Part shown: piece after piece, positions 36,886 through 51,435 of the stretch
Layout: each line of letters opens with the position of its first letter
How positions within the stretch are numbered: the first letter of the stretch is position 1
NCBI RefSeq assembly: GCF_964204645.1
Contig: NC_134030.1
Coordinates: forward strand, 3,638,778 to 3,702,777
DNA from: Tubulanus polymorphus
Taxonomy: Eukaryota; Animalia; Nemertea
DNA length: 64,000 nucleotides
Reading direction: 5' to 3'
The notes under the pieces: model-generated
The model's database searches: none
Told to the model about the DNA's origin: nothing
What the model saw: only the letters and a program-made list of their open reading frames with translations
Translations under genes and position numbers: made by a program

Positions 36886-39414
36886 TAAGCAATAAACAAT
36901 GGTTAGGGGGATTAGATTTTGATGGTTTCATTGCCTTTACTTATTCAGCAGTCAGGTGGTGGTAATTAATTCAATTGCAATTGCCAAACAACAATGTCAT
37001 CATAGAAAATGAAAATCAAACAGACCAACAAATATCAATAACAAAGCAAAAAAGGAATGTATTGAGGAGTAGCCCATCAGTATCTTTCAACTTACATTTG
37101 CAAAGGAGCAAAACAAAAGTGTTCCTAGTGCCAAACATAGCTGCCATTTTAACGGCTTCATTTTGCGTAATTGACGATTATTTGCTGTCACCTGATTGAA
37201 TTTCTAATCATGTGATTGGAATGTTTTGTTGTTATTTTGACAGATACATGGGCGCCGCCATCTTTGAATGTGCGTAAAATCCGGTTACGGTCTTCTTTCA
37301 GGTACCTTAATTCAAAGGTGCCCGTTGTCTAGACTGGTTACGATTGGGAAAACACTAGACTGGTTGCCTGTCCCATTCTGGGCTCAGTCTTCTATTGCAC
37401 GAGATAGCAGTCCGATAATCAGTCTACCTGGCCGCGGGAATTGGATACAATTTTACAGTTTTCATTCGTAAATATAATATCAATCTGAGGACACACGTGT
37501 CGCCGTAGTGTCATCTCAGATTAATATTAAGGATTAAAATACTGAAGCCCGATTCAATTCCCGAAGAGGGCCTGTCGTTCCGTTGGCATGCGAATGTAAC
37601 CAAATCGAGAGTTGATGGAATGCGCACTGGGGTAACCTGCAAGAGTGTGAAAGTTGGAAACCCGGCTCGTTAGCTCAGAGCCAGGCAGGCCACATCGACG
37701 CCCCGAATACCACTGTTGTTTCTTACTCGATTGTCCTGTACACGAAAAAAATTAAATCGATTCAATTTGACTTCAATTCGGTTGATCTTTAATCGATTTG
37801 AGATTTTTTGTGAAACACCTTGATGCTTTCACTGAAATAAGGATCGAGACCGGGTCGGCATGCCGCGGACTAGTCTATTTCGAGTGGAGAAGAAAGACGG
37901 TTGCGTGCTTTCAATTCATACACTACAGAAAATCTATTTTACGATCTTACAATCGTTAGTCTTTTGTTAGAACCCATAAAGAGAAACCTGCTTCGACATC
38001 ATACTGATATGATTGACGCTATACAAAACCTGTGGACGCGTACTGTCTGAGGAGGCCATTCATGGGAACATTAATTTGTGATCAGATATGGTGGACTTGA
38101 TCTCTTCTAAATTGAAAAATATCCACGAGATACAAAAAACCAATTACGTAATTGTTAACTAATCTAAACATTTTATTTACCATATTTGGTGCCTTTATTC
38201 AATAAGATATTGTCATTTACATAAAATATTGATAAATGACGACCAGAAAACGTATTAATCAATATTAAAATGACACAACTCTTTCGTCTCTGTTGGTTCG
38301 TAGAAGAAGAGATTTTTGTTTCATCTGCAATTTTTTGCAAATGAAATCAAAACGCATTTGATAAGAACACGCTAACTTAACTTCGTTCAGGTTCCTCGTA
38401 ACATAATTGCCATATATTTCAACAGCACTTTGATACATATCGCGAATTCTACCTTTTTGCCCTATACGAATTATCAAAAGCTGTATTCGAAAACATTTTT
38501 CTCATATCGTGAATGCGCTGGTATTTGCATTATGCTCCGTTTGACGTCCGGATCGTATTACTATAATCTGGAAAATATTCGAATTCGATAAGTTGATATA
38601 TTTTCATTTCAACCCGTACAGCAGAGACTGGTGGCGTACGTATATTCGTCAATTATACATTCCGTTATTTGTCAGTTTATTCTTGCGATATTGTGGAACT
38701 CCCTGCTGATAATGAGAATGTACCCGGACTTTAAAATGTGATACAAAACCGAGCGCAAACCACAGGAGACCAAATTGACCAACTATTCATTGAGTTTTCG
38801 TAATTGTGGCTATGTACTATGCATATCAATATTCTTTACTTACCGCAATATATAATTTACATATAAAATGTACATCAAATATTTGTCTTGAAAAATCGTA
38901 GCAGATCAAATAAGAATAAATATCAAACGAATTGAGAATCTGCCCCATGTTTCTTTCACACTCAGTGCATCCTATTTCTCGCAATCGATGGATTTTAATG
39001 AATTCAATTTCAGAACGAATGATAAAACAGCTGATGAGAGAGATATGCTGTACTGTGTTTCAAAGAGATCGGTTTGAAAACAATCTGTTTAATTTTCACA
39101 CGACGACGAAATTCAAACCATTTCATTTCTGTCATTTGATGTTTTGCATATAACAGAATAGAAAATCCCAAAGGATTTGTCGAACAACTTCAATTTACCC
39201 ACTAATGAGCTACGCATGAATACTATTATTTTTAATAAGATTTTGTCTCGGATATTAACTCTTAAGATATTTTATATCGCAGCTGAACGATCGCGCGACC
39301 CGTGCTGTGCCTCGCTATGGCTAATGACGACACACGTGGCTGTTTCTCCGCGCAGATCTGGTCGAACCCTCGACGCGCACTCATAGAGCGGGAAGAGAGA
39401 GAGCACATTGAACC

Positions 39415-42400
39415 ATGTCTGTATCAGCCGCTCAGCGAGGCAAATTCCCAGGCGTGGTCCTGGTCCTGCAGGTCATATTTATCGTCCTGTTTGCTGTGTT
39501 CGTGCGCTACGATGACCAGGCGAACGCTTCGAAAAAGGAAAACAGCCTCGACCCGGGAAAAGGCGGAGCCGATCCCGAGAAAAACAGCCTCAAACAGTAT
39601 TACCCAAGTAAGTAATATAGAATATTGTCTAAACGAGCATTCTACAAATTAAGCATCATCAATATCTGTTGCATATAATATTCTGTTCATTGACTTAAAA
39701 ATCTGTACGTTCATTCACCAGCATACGATATGTGTACCTTATCAATTATATGGTTTTACACTTATCGCAATTTACGATGATATGGATAGATATCTAAATG
39801 GGTTGTATTTGCCCCGACTGAATGATTTGTCTTGTGACTGGTTTTCTATCGTCTCTGTTACTATTTTGATAACTCTAACCGTGGACGTATAAACTTGCTA
39901 TGGCGAAATTTTTTATTTCGACTAGTGGCTAGTTAGAGTCCACATCATGTTCGTAGAATCGCTAATTGTTAATTTCAAACGGGGAAGATAGCCGCTTGAA
40001 TGACTACAAAAAGCGATTTTGTTTAACAAGAAAATTAAATGCCCGAAAGCAAATATGGATTTGTAAAGGAACAACTGAAGAATGTAGTTATTAAAGGATT
40101 GAATGGCGTACTTGATCGAAATGCGTGAAATGGACAAAAACTTAAAGTTTATGTGAACTACTGCCCGGCTGCTACCCAGCAGTTGGTAACATCTTTCATC
40201 AAAGAACAGGTGCACATAAGAATATAACTACGATATGTCTGAATCGACGACACAATTGACACCTATATACGGACCCTAGATGCTTTTGACCTGATGAACC
40301 AAACCCATGGTTTCAATTATAATATTTTTAAGAATTAATTCATTGATTGTCGTCCTTGTTCTTTTTTTCATCAACGAGACCTATCGTCTGTACAGAAAAG
40401 ATTTATAGTATTATTATTATTATATATTATAATTCATGTCATTATGAATGGGTACACAGTATCTACGTTCGTATAACTATAACTGGCAATATAATTGGTG
40501 TCGTCTGGTTAATCGTTATATAGATTAATTGATATCCGTACTGGGTATGTGCTCAGTAGTGCTATAGTTCTGCAGTGATTGTCCACACTTAATCATATAG
40601 TAAATGACTTGAGCAATATGGTCAGCAAAGCTGTGCACAAAATATACTGATTGTTCCCAAGCGGTCGAAGAGCTTGAAACAGATTGTTTCCAAGCGGTAT
40701 CGCTCAGAAAAATTAGTTGTCAAACAGATTATCAGTTCCTACTAATGTTTTCCTGTTTTTTGCATGCTTTACGTGCAACAAATTATATCATGGTGATATG
40801 TTTTGTTTTCAGTGTTCCAAGATGTCCATGTTATGATATTCATCGGTTTCGGTTTTTTGATGACGTTCTTGAAGAAGTATGGTTTTGGCAGTGTCGGTTT
40901 CAACTTCCTGATCGGTGCCGTTTGTTTGCAGTGGGCGACGCTGATGTCGGGATTTCTGCATTTACACCATAACACCATCGTAGTCAGCATTACTAGGTGA
41001 TCTATCAACTTATCGCACAAATCATAAACGAATTAGTATCAATTCATTCCGAGAAAAAACTCTGGAAGATGGAGCTGATATAATAATGTACGTAGATGTA
41101 CACACCCAAAATCCAAGGGCTTAAACCTGGCGGTTTGATAGATTTTCTACCTCGAGACAAGCCGTTGTTGTGCAGTATTATTCTTGCTTGAAAGGAATGA
41201 CAGGTTACGGAGAATTTGACGTATAAATTATTATCCTAAGGCCCGCTTAAACAAAGATCATAAATATTCTCTTCCATTTTTTTTCGTGTGCCACACAATG
41301 CACTTTCGCTTAAAGACTATTTGTTATGTATCGTACGATTTTCCTTAACAAACCCGACCTTGACTTTCATTATATTCACGTGTATTACAGTACGGGCATA
41401 TGCTACTTGTCGGTACGAACAATTGTCAACAGCCGGCTTCGCCATAAATTCCAAAAAATGATAACAAAATTGAATAATTATATGCCATAATTGCATCATA
41501 TTCCGTTCTGGTTGAACTTAATTTTTTTCTAGATCTTCATGATGTGTATCGTTACAAGAATAATTTTGTTGTTAGCTTTGACATTAATCTCCAAATGAAT
41601 GATTTACTTGTTCAGCATAAAAAATCGTTTCTACTTAATATCATCCGGTGACGTTATTATTAGTTCATAATAGGATTGTTTTGATGATTTTGATTTTTTT
41701 TTCAGTTTGATATCAGCAGATTTTGCTACGGCTGCCGTTTTGATTACGTTTGGGGCTCTGTTGGGCAAAACGAGTCCGTTGCAGTTAGTCTTCATAACAG
41801 TCGTCGAGATTGTCGTTTTCACAATCAACGAATATATCGGGCTGAAATATCTGAAGGTACGCCTCGCCCTGCGAAAGCAGCTTCAATTACGACAATTCAA
41901 TTGCGACACGGCCACAGTCTTATATCATAAGTAGAACTTAATTCAAGATGAACGATATTAAAATAAAGGCACCATTCACGATTCTATTCGCCATAAGTTG
42001 CCGTCTTTACAATTTAGTAAAATCGAGTGAGAAAGATTTCATGCACATATATATATTTCCAGGTAGCCGATATCGGCGGGTCGATGTTCGTACACGTGTT
42101 TGGAGCATACTTCGGATTAGCAGCGTCGCGAATGCTGTTCAACAAAGATGTCCACAAAGAAAGCAGTCGTGAAGGGTCCAACTACCATTCGGATATATTT
42201 GCAATGATCGGTACACGATATATTGTATTATGTCTCGCGTTCTTTATTTTCGATTCAAATGGCAGAAATATATGTCAAGTAATATGTATTAGAAGGAATT
42301 CGACACATTTTATATTCATTTTCAGGAACTCTATTCTTGTGGTTGTTCTGGCCGAGTTTTAATGCTGCTCTCGCACCCGGTGACGACCAGCAACGAGCTG

Positions 42401-43902
42401 TTATAAACACTTACTACGCTCTAGCCGCCTGTTGTCTGACTACTTTTGCGCTTTCTTACGTCATTAACGGAGAAGCCAAACTCGATATGGTAGGAATATA
42501 CCTGTTGTTCACACGCTATAAACAGTTTTAGATTCCCCAGTTCTGCGTTGTGAAAGTTAACTCGAAGTTGAATTAAGTCCATTTTCAATGAGTTAACAGT
42601 TGAGTGAAATCAAAACTGTGGAACTGGATCCAGAGTTGCAAGTGTAGCTTCTGTTCTCGCCTTAAACATTATGATTTCCGATTCACTTATTATAAAAATG
42701 ACCGTCGTCCGTTTTATCACAGGTTCACATACAGAACTCGACTCTAGCCGGTGGTGTAGCGGTAGGAACCAGCGCGGACATGATGATCCAACCGTGGGGC
42801 GCTATTATGATCGGCACAGTGGCAGCGATTGTGTCAGTTGTCGGCTTCAAATTCCTAACGGTAAGAGTGTGGATAAATTTCCATGAAAAAAAAATCCCGG
42901 GAGCATCATTGGAAAAAAAATATATCTCTTACCGATCTCTTCCGAGGCATATTTTTTGTATAATATTATTTTGAATTTATTTTTGAATCAGCCATTCCTC
43001 AGCGATCGACTGAAAATACACGACACGTGTGGAGTGAATAATCTGCACGGAATGCCCGGAATATTGGCAGCTATTGCCGGCGCAGTCGCCGCAGGTGTCG
43101 CCAGTTCATCGACATACGGGAACAGGTAAGAAAACTTCATAAGAATTCAAATTACTACCAACAGTTTATAATGTGATAATCTGATAATATTTTTCGGTAT
43201 GAATTTTCAGTCTGTATGAAGTATTTCCAGCACGAGCGCCTGCGGTCAACAGTACAGCTCTTAACGACATCAATAAGGTAAAACTAAACAAAAAGCCTCT
43301 TCTAACCTTATCATATTCTGTTCTTTGAAATTTCTTTTCTTTTCCATTTTATCGTCATAGATGTGTGAACTATTTGGATATGTGTATATCATTATATTTT
43401 TGTATTCACAATTAAAGGAACTTGGAATCGAAGGTGGACTGAACCGTAGTGCCGGAGTTCAGGCCGGATATCAAATAGCCGCGTTGGCCATGACTTTAGG
43501 TTCATCCATCGGTGGTGGAGCTATAACAGGTAATTCATACGAAATCTAACATAAACTCTGTGGTGATGTACTCGCAAATTTAATGCAACGACAAATCCCG
43601 TGAATTTGAATAATTTATGAATTTAGAAATATCATGGTACACTTTCGTTCATTATACATAATTACATATAACCTGTTCGAATGTTTTCAGGATTGCTGGC
43701 GAAAATTTCATTCTTCGAGCCGCAGACCGGTGGAGATATATTCTCGGACAAGCGGTACTGGGAGGTTCCAGCTGACGAAGAGGCTGTTTCTGTACGATAC
43801 GTCTCGAACGGTCGACCCGAGGATCCGGAAAAAGCCGAACATCTGTTGGCAGAAACCGAACTCAATACAACCGACCTGAATGAAGAACAACCAACAGATT
43901 AA
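39415..43902 (+). CDS. Rhesus (Rh50-type) ammonium transporter, 10 exons
   Basis: Exons 39415-39607, 40813-40996, 41706-41856, 42063-42210, 42326-42489, 42723-42860, 42992-43125, 43211-43277, 43418-43529, 43691-43902. Motifs [71 protein letters not shown]; both pore histidines present. Confidence 0.97.
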
Positions 43903-44912
43903 TGTGTTTTCTTCTTGCAAATCAAACAATTTTCGAACTGTTTTTGGTTTGAGTGATAAAAAAAAATTTGAAACCAAGTATACGAATTGTTTATGCAGAT
44001 TACTACAAAGATTAGATGAATTTTAAGTCAGCTGTGTCTGTGTGGTCAATTTTACTATAGGCTGCCATTATTTGTATTATCCAATTAATATAACAAAGCC
44101 TACACAGTATTATGGTAAATTTTGTACTAAAACTGCTATGAATACGATTATACAGATTTATATGTACATTAAGTATGTACATTAACCGTGTATTTGATAA
44201 AAGGGTTAGAATATAATTAGAAATAATCTTCATTGATACGCCGGTGAAATGATTCTAATCTTCGCTTTGAAACGTATATATCGATATAAGAGTCCGTTGT
44301 AGTCTGAAGTGCACCGATATATTTTATCTATACTCTCCTGATCGGTTTTGATATGATATAACGAAATGTATTTTTGCTTTTATACTAATAAAACATATTA
44401 TATTCAACGATATTCGAAAAAAAACGCGATTTGTTTTTCTAATAAACATTCTCTATGGGAGATGGTAACGCCGATTGTGACGAACGTGACAGCGCGTCAT
44501 ATCGACCGTCAAACGCAAACGTCCGAGCGAAAAGTCGAAGCTGACTTGCAAATGACATGACGTCATAGTACATCAAGCACAAGCGTCACGGTTGACGGCC
44601 AATGTAGCGTATTTGAATAGATTGCGACATAAGTGAAAATACCTCAAGGCAACGACACTATTTTTTATTTCGGAATTTCTGTCTATTGGCACGCTTAGCA
44701 TTGACCCAAAACACGACAGTTGCAGGTGGAAAGCGCTTTACTTTTGCACAGCTAACGAGCACTATACAAGGGCTATTATATTGATAATCGAATTCATTTT
44801 CTCTTCCAATTAAAATAATCTCGATACGCCGTATCATACAGCGTTCATACGTCCGTAGCTTCGCAGGATACACAAATATATACGACGGAGGAGTTCTAAA
44901 TATCAGATTACA

Positions 44913-46251
44913 ATGTTTATAAAACATACGACATGGTTTTTCATGTTTCTTCTATTGTTCCAGTATGGTAAGTTTAGTTTAACCCGTTTTCTTCTGACCA
45001 TTTTCCCTCGTTGAAAGATCTCGTTGCAGTTCTAGAATATGACACGCATGCGTGGATCTCTTGTTCTTTTTCAACAATTCGGTAAATTGATAGGATCAAC
45101 TTTTCAATAAAATGTTTACGTAACACGTCTTGATTAGTCCATGTTGAAATGAAATATTTCAGATAAACGCAGACGAAATTCTTTCATTACATCATTTTGC
45201 TTTTAAAAATTAGAAGGTAAGAAATTTTAATCAAGAATATATGAATATCACCGATATCTAAAAGCTATTTTCACTGCAGGCGTTGTGACAAGTGAACGTT
45301 GTTTTTCCTGTTACGGAACAACCGAGTGGGGTAATCTAGAGAGCGGAGACTTAAGCCTTCAAAACAATATCATCATGAAGTCAGTTATCAATAATCGCGC
45401 CTGCCTTACCGACGACGATACCAAAGACGAATATACGCATCACATAAAGAAATGCAACCATCCTCATCCGACATTATCGAAAGGTCTTGGTTTAAAAGGC
45501 GTCAATGATACAGCTGTTCCGAATTCCATGAAGCCACCAATGATGTGCGCGGTTTGTATGATATTTCATTACATTTGGGGGCACTTACTAAGATTTGTTC
45601 AGTAATTTTACTATTGCGACAATTCAATGCGTGATTTGTTTTTAAGTCACTCGTACCTCGAGGCTCGTGACAACGTAATCAGATAGGTTTGGGCGTGGTC
45701 ACCCCCATAGCCTAGACATGACTTCAATTTCCGCTAGATAACAAACTAGTCAAACCTGGCAGCTCAAGCAGCATCAGCAGACTCCAGTGTTGACTTACAG
45801 TCGTCCAAACGCACAAACACTCATAGGAAGCGCTAGCTTTGGAAATTCTCGATAACAGTAAAAAAAGTCAACATATGATTCAACGTTTTCAAGAAAATAT
45901 TCCTCAGCGACAGATTTTTTTTTGGAGAAATTATTACTCCAGCAAATTATTACAAATTTACGTCAATAATCCACCAATAATACGTCATTAATGAAACGTC
46001 AATAACTTCGATATATTTTTGAATTGTAGAAGGTAAAATTCACTACTAAGAGTAAACAAACAGCTGTTATACGGACGTGTCTGTTTGCCGAGCATTGCCC
46101 CCCGCGCATTGAGGGAGGTCCCGATGCTAACATCACCTTGGAATGCTGCAACGGAAAATTATGCAACGGCGGACAGATGTCAACATACAACACGGGAATA
46201 CTATTGGCAGTACTTCTCTTCGGGATTATGATAAGGATCTTTAGAAATTGA
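44913..46251 (+). CDS. Ly6/uPAR three-finger (LU) protein, quiver/sleepless-like, predicted GPI anchor, 182 aa
   Basis: Exons 44913-44967 (signal peptide MFIKHTTWFFMFLLLFQY), 45280-45551 and 46030-46251; 549 nt in frame. Exactly 10 Cys, from CFSC to CCNGKLCN, followed by the hydrophobic tail GILLAVLLFGIMIRIFRN. Confidence 0.85.
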
Positions 46252-47752
46252 ATTGATTGAGTTCGATATGATTTGAAAAATGAAACAATTGGATCATTTA
46301 AATTTGAAATACATGTATATACTGATTTGAATACTACCATATGTATATCAATACATACTTAATATGATAAAGAAACGAGTGATTTTCTTCTCTTTGCAAT
46401 GGCAAAAAAAGGTGGCGGGATCGAGGGCAGTGACACATCGAAATTTAACTGGATGAAAGTGTGAAAGGCCAACTCAACGAATGAACGTATTAGCCGGATG
46501 AAAAGCGGGAATCGCCATCTGAAATCGAGGAAGCGTGTGTTATACAGTCGTTTCCCGACAGGTCTGTCAGCTGGTATTTGTAGGATTCTAACCATAGCAT
46601 GCGAGTTCATCGATTCGCCGTCGTTTGGGGATTGGCTGGCATGTCACATCTTTATTCCTGTGTCAGTTATAAAGTAAAATAATGAGCTGCGCAGACCCAG
46701 TAAACAATTACCGGTTCCACGTTGTCTTTCATTGTTGCATTCGCCACTATTACATTCAAATTCATTGATCAGGGTCGTAGCCGCTTTATTTGACATTTCC
46801 CCGATTTTACACGCAGTCGAATATCTAAGACATAGAAAGAAACAGATCGCACGATCCAGCAATCCCTACACATTTCCCTGACTTAGTTCTTTTTTTTACA
46901 AAATTTCCTGACTAACATTCCCTCTTTATTAAAGAAATTTCTAAAGAAATTTCCCTGACTTTTCCCTGATTCCAGGTAAGTGGCCACACTGAGGATTTGC
47001 CAATATTAGTTGAATAACAATAACATGTTCCAAGTAGTTCGGCAGTTTATTTTTTTGCATATCAGAAGATCGTAGGCATCAACGAAGGAAGAATGACGTA
47101 TAGTTTCGTCAATATTACAAGCAGTTTGATTCGAGATGCATATAATCAATAATACAAGCAGTGTGAGGTTCGTGGTGCAACGTGTTTTTTTTACCGAAAG
47201 ATTACGCAAGTGAATAGAAATACAGATACGCGATCAATTATTCTGTAGCTGATTAACTTAAAAAAACACAAAACTAATAGAAAAAAAGTCATATTTATCA
47301 ATCATCGTGTATAATTTAGATAAATGCCTATGATTAATCAGTATTCAACTCGCGATAAATTGAGATACGTTTATGATTATCTAGTGCGACGTATGTTTAC
47401 ATTCTCAGCATAAACCAGAGAATATTGTCGATGATATTCGATTTTTCAACATCATAAAAATAAGATACAGAGTGATATAAAATAAAATATGGCAAACTTA
47501 ACAACATCGGATTTGAAAAAAAACAATAAGTACAAGGCCAATGAGAGGCTTCTACGTGTACTTACTAATTAGGCATAGCAATTAGCATAGAATTAAAAAA
47601 ATGGGGACCAGTTCCATAGTCGAGACGTAAGTCAGAAAATGGTCTTTAATCATAAGATTGGCCTTAAGTTGTTAGATTGGCTATCTATAGAACTTAGATG
47701 GTCTTAGATTGGTCTTAAGTCTAAGCCTTGAATCCGGAACCGAGCGCAGGAT

Positions 47753-50033
47753 TTAAGCAATATATAAAGTTATGACAGTAACAATGGTTGTCACAGTCAT
47801 CAGTAACTTGCTCACAACATAGGAGCCCAGTGACGCTTTACTGTAACCGATACAGTGCAGGCAAGTGAGGAAATTAGTCGCGTCGTATTTCTTCTTTATT
47901 TCGTGTAGCCTCAGATAGTTCGATCCCCAGTATAGAGTTTTCCAGTCCTTTAAATCCGAATCCGGTTCGTTATAATACACACCCCCGTCCAACTTGTACA
48001 ACTTGTCGGCAAAATTCTGAAAATAAAACCGAAATTGAATCATGGTAAAACATTATTCATGACTCAACGTATTTAATCTTCAACACGGGTCTCATCCGAA
48101 TGCGAATTTTCATCATTACCTACCTTCATTACTCCTTTCATCCACTCCTTATCTTTGTCTTCCTTCCAACCTGTCCCGCACGATAGGGACATCAATGCCG
48201 TTCGGAAACTGGGACCGATTGCCGTCGCGTCTGCGCTTGGTTCCGTTGTCTTTTCTATTAAAGAAAAAGAACAGATGTCACTCTGAGATTCATTATTCCC
48301 GACTTATGCGGCTTGAAAACGTACGGGTTTTGCACTAAATACTTACTACCAAGTGAAGTTCCAGTACACAAGAAAAAACGACTTTCCGGCAAATCTGGAT
48401 CTTCGTCAAATTCCTTTTTAAAAGCTGAAGCCAAATTGGATATTCCTTTTTGTCCGGCTCCGGTTCCACGTAAATCTGACGGTTGTATCAAGCGATTAAC
48501 GATGTAACTGTTGCCATTCAAGTCGTCTTTATTTTCCTTGGTATACTCCCAAAACGAGGTCTTATTTTTCATATCCAACCATCTCCACTCTGGATGGAAA
48601 TCTAAGAGGGGCTTGATAGAATTTATAGCTTCGCTCCAAGGACCCCAGTGAACTAAGGATAAAAGGATGTTTCCTTTCACCGGAATCTTCAGAGTAGGGT
48701 CTGTATAGGTCACGTGAGTAATAATGACGTAGCCACCCCAGTTCTCGTTGAGATAATCAGCTAGGAGTTTGTTCCAGGTGTCTAATACTACATCGCCGAT
48801 GCTTCCAAAATAGCCGTGATACCAAGGAAAAGCGAGGAATAATGTAACAAAGCCGCCAGCAGGGGGCGTGTGAAGTTTGAAGTGGAAACTGGTTACAATG
48901 GCTAACGCACCACCTCCCCCACCGCGCAGTGCCCAGAACAGATCAGTAGAATTGGGTAATTTCGTTCCGTTAGAATAAACTATCCCTGAAAAATAAAGCG
49001 TTTCGGTATTATATTAGGAGTGCTTTAAGAGAGATGACATAGACATTCTATTCATTTTTCGCAAAATGAAGAATTTATTTTCCCGTTCGGTGATGAGTGA
49101 TCTTCTTTAACAGCATTACCTGTCGCAGAAACATTAGCTATTTCGCCATCTGGTAGAACGACAGCGAACGATAGAATTTGATCGACACCCAGTCCTAGTT
49201 TGCGACTGAGCGGGCTGTGTCCACCTCCCAGAAACCAGCCACCCATAGCGACAGTATGGGCAGCGCCGCCGACTGCCACTTTGTTGTATTTATCCACTTC
49301 CTTGTACACGCTTCCCCAGTTGGCACCAGTTTCGGCGATCATCGACGATCCTGTCGGAGAATTACTATCGTTCGGGAATACGGTCATTTTATTCAATTCG
49401 TTCATTCTGACCATTAAAGTGTATTCGCCCGTATTTCGCCCGATGTAGTCGTGTCCCGAGGATAAAAACGACATTGACAGGTTGAATTTGCGACCGAATT
49501 GGATACTCTTCTGAACATCGGCTGAAAAGACAATTAACAGTGAAATATTCGCGACGCCGCCTTCTGATCACCTTTCAGTTTGCTGATGACGATAGCAATA
49601 TTGATTGAAAATAAGTTATGCTAATTGAAGAAAGGTTGTATATGTACGAAATACCAAATCAGCTTTTTTGAAAGGTGGGTTTACTGGAGAATTTGCTTTT
49701 TAATAGTAGATTTCCAAAAAGAACTATACGTCTGTGTTACACCATATTTGACTTACCCACACTTTTAGCTGACACGACGAGAGCTGGTGTGGTGATATAC
49801 GCCCAGTTTTTGACATATTTCGCTTCGTTGTAACCTGGCGATCCGGGTAAGAATGATGACCCATCCAAGCTCGCTTCAAAAGCTTTGCGGACACTATCCG
49901 ATGGCCAACAGGTCGTGTTAGTCGGTAAACAATAACCATTAATTCCAGGTAAAATGATGCCCAATATAATTGATGATACAGCGTACACTAAGGGCGTAGC
50001 CGGCGTGAAGCTCTTCATGCGGTGTATAATCAT
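47753..50033 (-). CDS. Secreted berberine-bridge-enzyme-like FAD-linked oxidoreductase, copy A
   Basis: Exons 50033(or 50018)-49757, 49521-49120, 48985-48347, 48254-48124, 48016-47753. Signal peptide, CLPTNTTCWPS, SSGHDYIGR, GGGHSPLSRKLGLGVDQ, DLFWALRGGGGG, BBE tail YYNEPD...YWGSNYLRLHEIKKKYD, hydrophobic C-terminus. Confidence 0.93.
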
Positions 50034-50851
50034 GGTATGCACCGCGTGTGTCTGTATCGTTCGTAGTGGTATACAAGTCTATCTATATCGATCACGTGAG
50101 GAAAGGACATTTTATATAAATCTATATCAAATAATCAAAAATAATGAACATGTATATATGTATAGGTATGTATAGGATATTTATAAAAAGTTTAGATTTT
50201 AAAGCACATACAATCAGATCATTATGTACGTATGTAGGTGGGGGTGAATTACATCGAGTCAGGTCACAAAGAATATTCGTTTGAGGGCAAAAATGGGGCA
50301 GTTTATTTCATTACCGAACACGGTGACTGACTACAATATCAACTTTGATATAAAGTGAAGACGTTTTTGTTGTTGAAAACCTGTTGTTGAATGCACCATG
50401 TGTTTGATTTAAAAGCCATACACAGTCTGACATAACTACAAGCTTCTTTTGAATTGTATATATGTATATACATATATATGTTTATACGTAAATTGTACCA
50501 GGTCGCGCACTACGTACATCCAATAGCAGCCAGGGGAAAAATGTGGTTGATTTCAAAACCGAACACCAGATGGCGTTATATGGCTCGATGGAAATGAAAA
50601 ATTTCTTTTGATTTACGGTTCGAGAAAACTGGAATTCTCGTTTTTTTTTCACAAAGGACAAGACAACAAAACTATTTAAAAGAATAAGATTTTATTAAGA
50701 ATGATCTCTCGTGACAATAATCCTAATCTTATTTCAAAAACTATCAATATATAAGAAAATCCTCTAACAATATTCTTGCATTGCGAAACTACAAAATTCT
50801 CCGCAGCCAAACCAGCCGTCGTAAAGTCATCGAAAAGATATTGCGATTTCA

Positions 50852-51179
50852 TCAGAGCATCGGGGTTTCGGTCGTAATATCATCGCCGGATACGTTTGCG
50901 CTGACGGGACGTTTCGCCACTTGAGATTCGATATTTGTTGGAAAACAGTTTTTAAAAGTGGTCGACTTTCGCGCCAAATTATCGATGTCCTCCATAGTTT
51001 CGGGCATCGGTTGGTTATTCGTTTCGGGTAACGGTAAAACGAGGATGCCGTTCATAATGGACGCGGCACCGAGCACGAGTCCGAGTGCGACTGACGAGTA
51101 CCGAGCAAGAACCTCGCAGAACGGAGACAACATGGCACCGAATCGTGCGAATATTGAAGTTATACCCATTCCACGAGCC
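50852..51179 (-). other. Duplicated orphan terminal exon of the SLC22 gene (open frame, acceptor intact)
   Basis: Paralogous to 55808-56138; ttttag|GGCTCGTGGA acceptor retained; only an in-frame 3-nt deletion and point changes. Confidence 0.85.
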
Positions 51180-51435
51180 CTAAAATGAAAACCAAATTAT
51201 CAGTCTATTTTTCCACAGATTCTTTCTATTCTAGCCACTTCTCTTGCGATTATTACTTGTTATAATATTTTAGCGTCTCAATTTAGGTAGAATACAAACA
51301 TGCGTGGTGGCATTTCTCAACCAATCAATACTCCAGCAAATTGTTACTTTTTGCTAGACCAAATCTACGTCAATAACCCATCAATAATACGTCATTAATG
51401 AAACGTCAATAACCTCGATATATTTTTGAATTGTA

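Noticed and set aside
36945-37005. Minus-strand C/D-like sequence (ATGATGA...ACCACCAC-CTGA) resembling a SNORD33-type 18S guide
   Set aside because: Only 8-9 nt of complementarity, no terminal stem and no internal boxes; likely chance.
37490-37720. GC-richer structured-looking segment (RNase P/MRP or ribozyme candidate)
   Set aside because: Local stems are present but no complete conserved motif set was recognised.
45163-45216. Extra Ly6 exon with AG/GT ends
   Set aside because: In-frame TAA; skipping it gives an intact protein.
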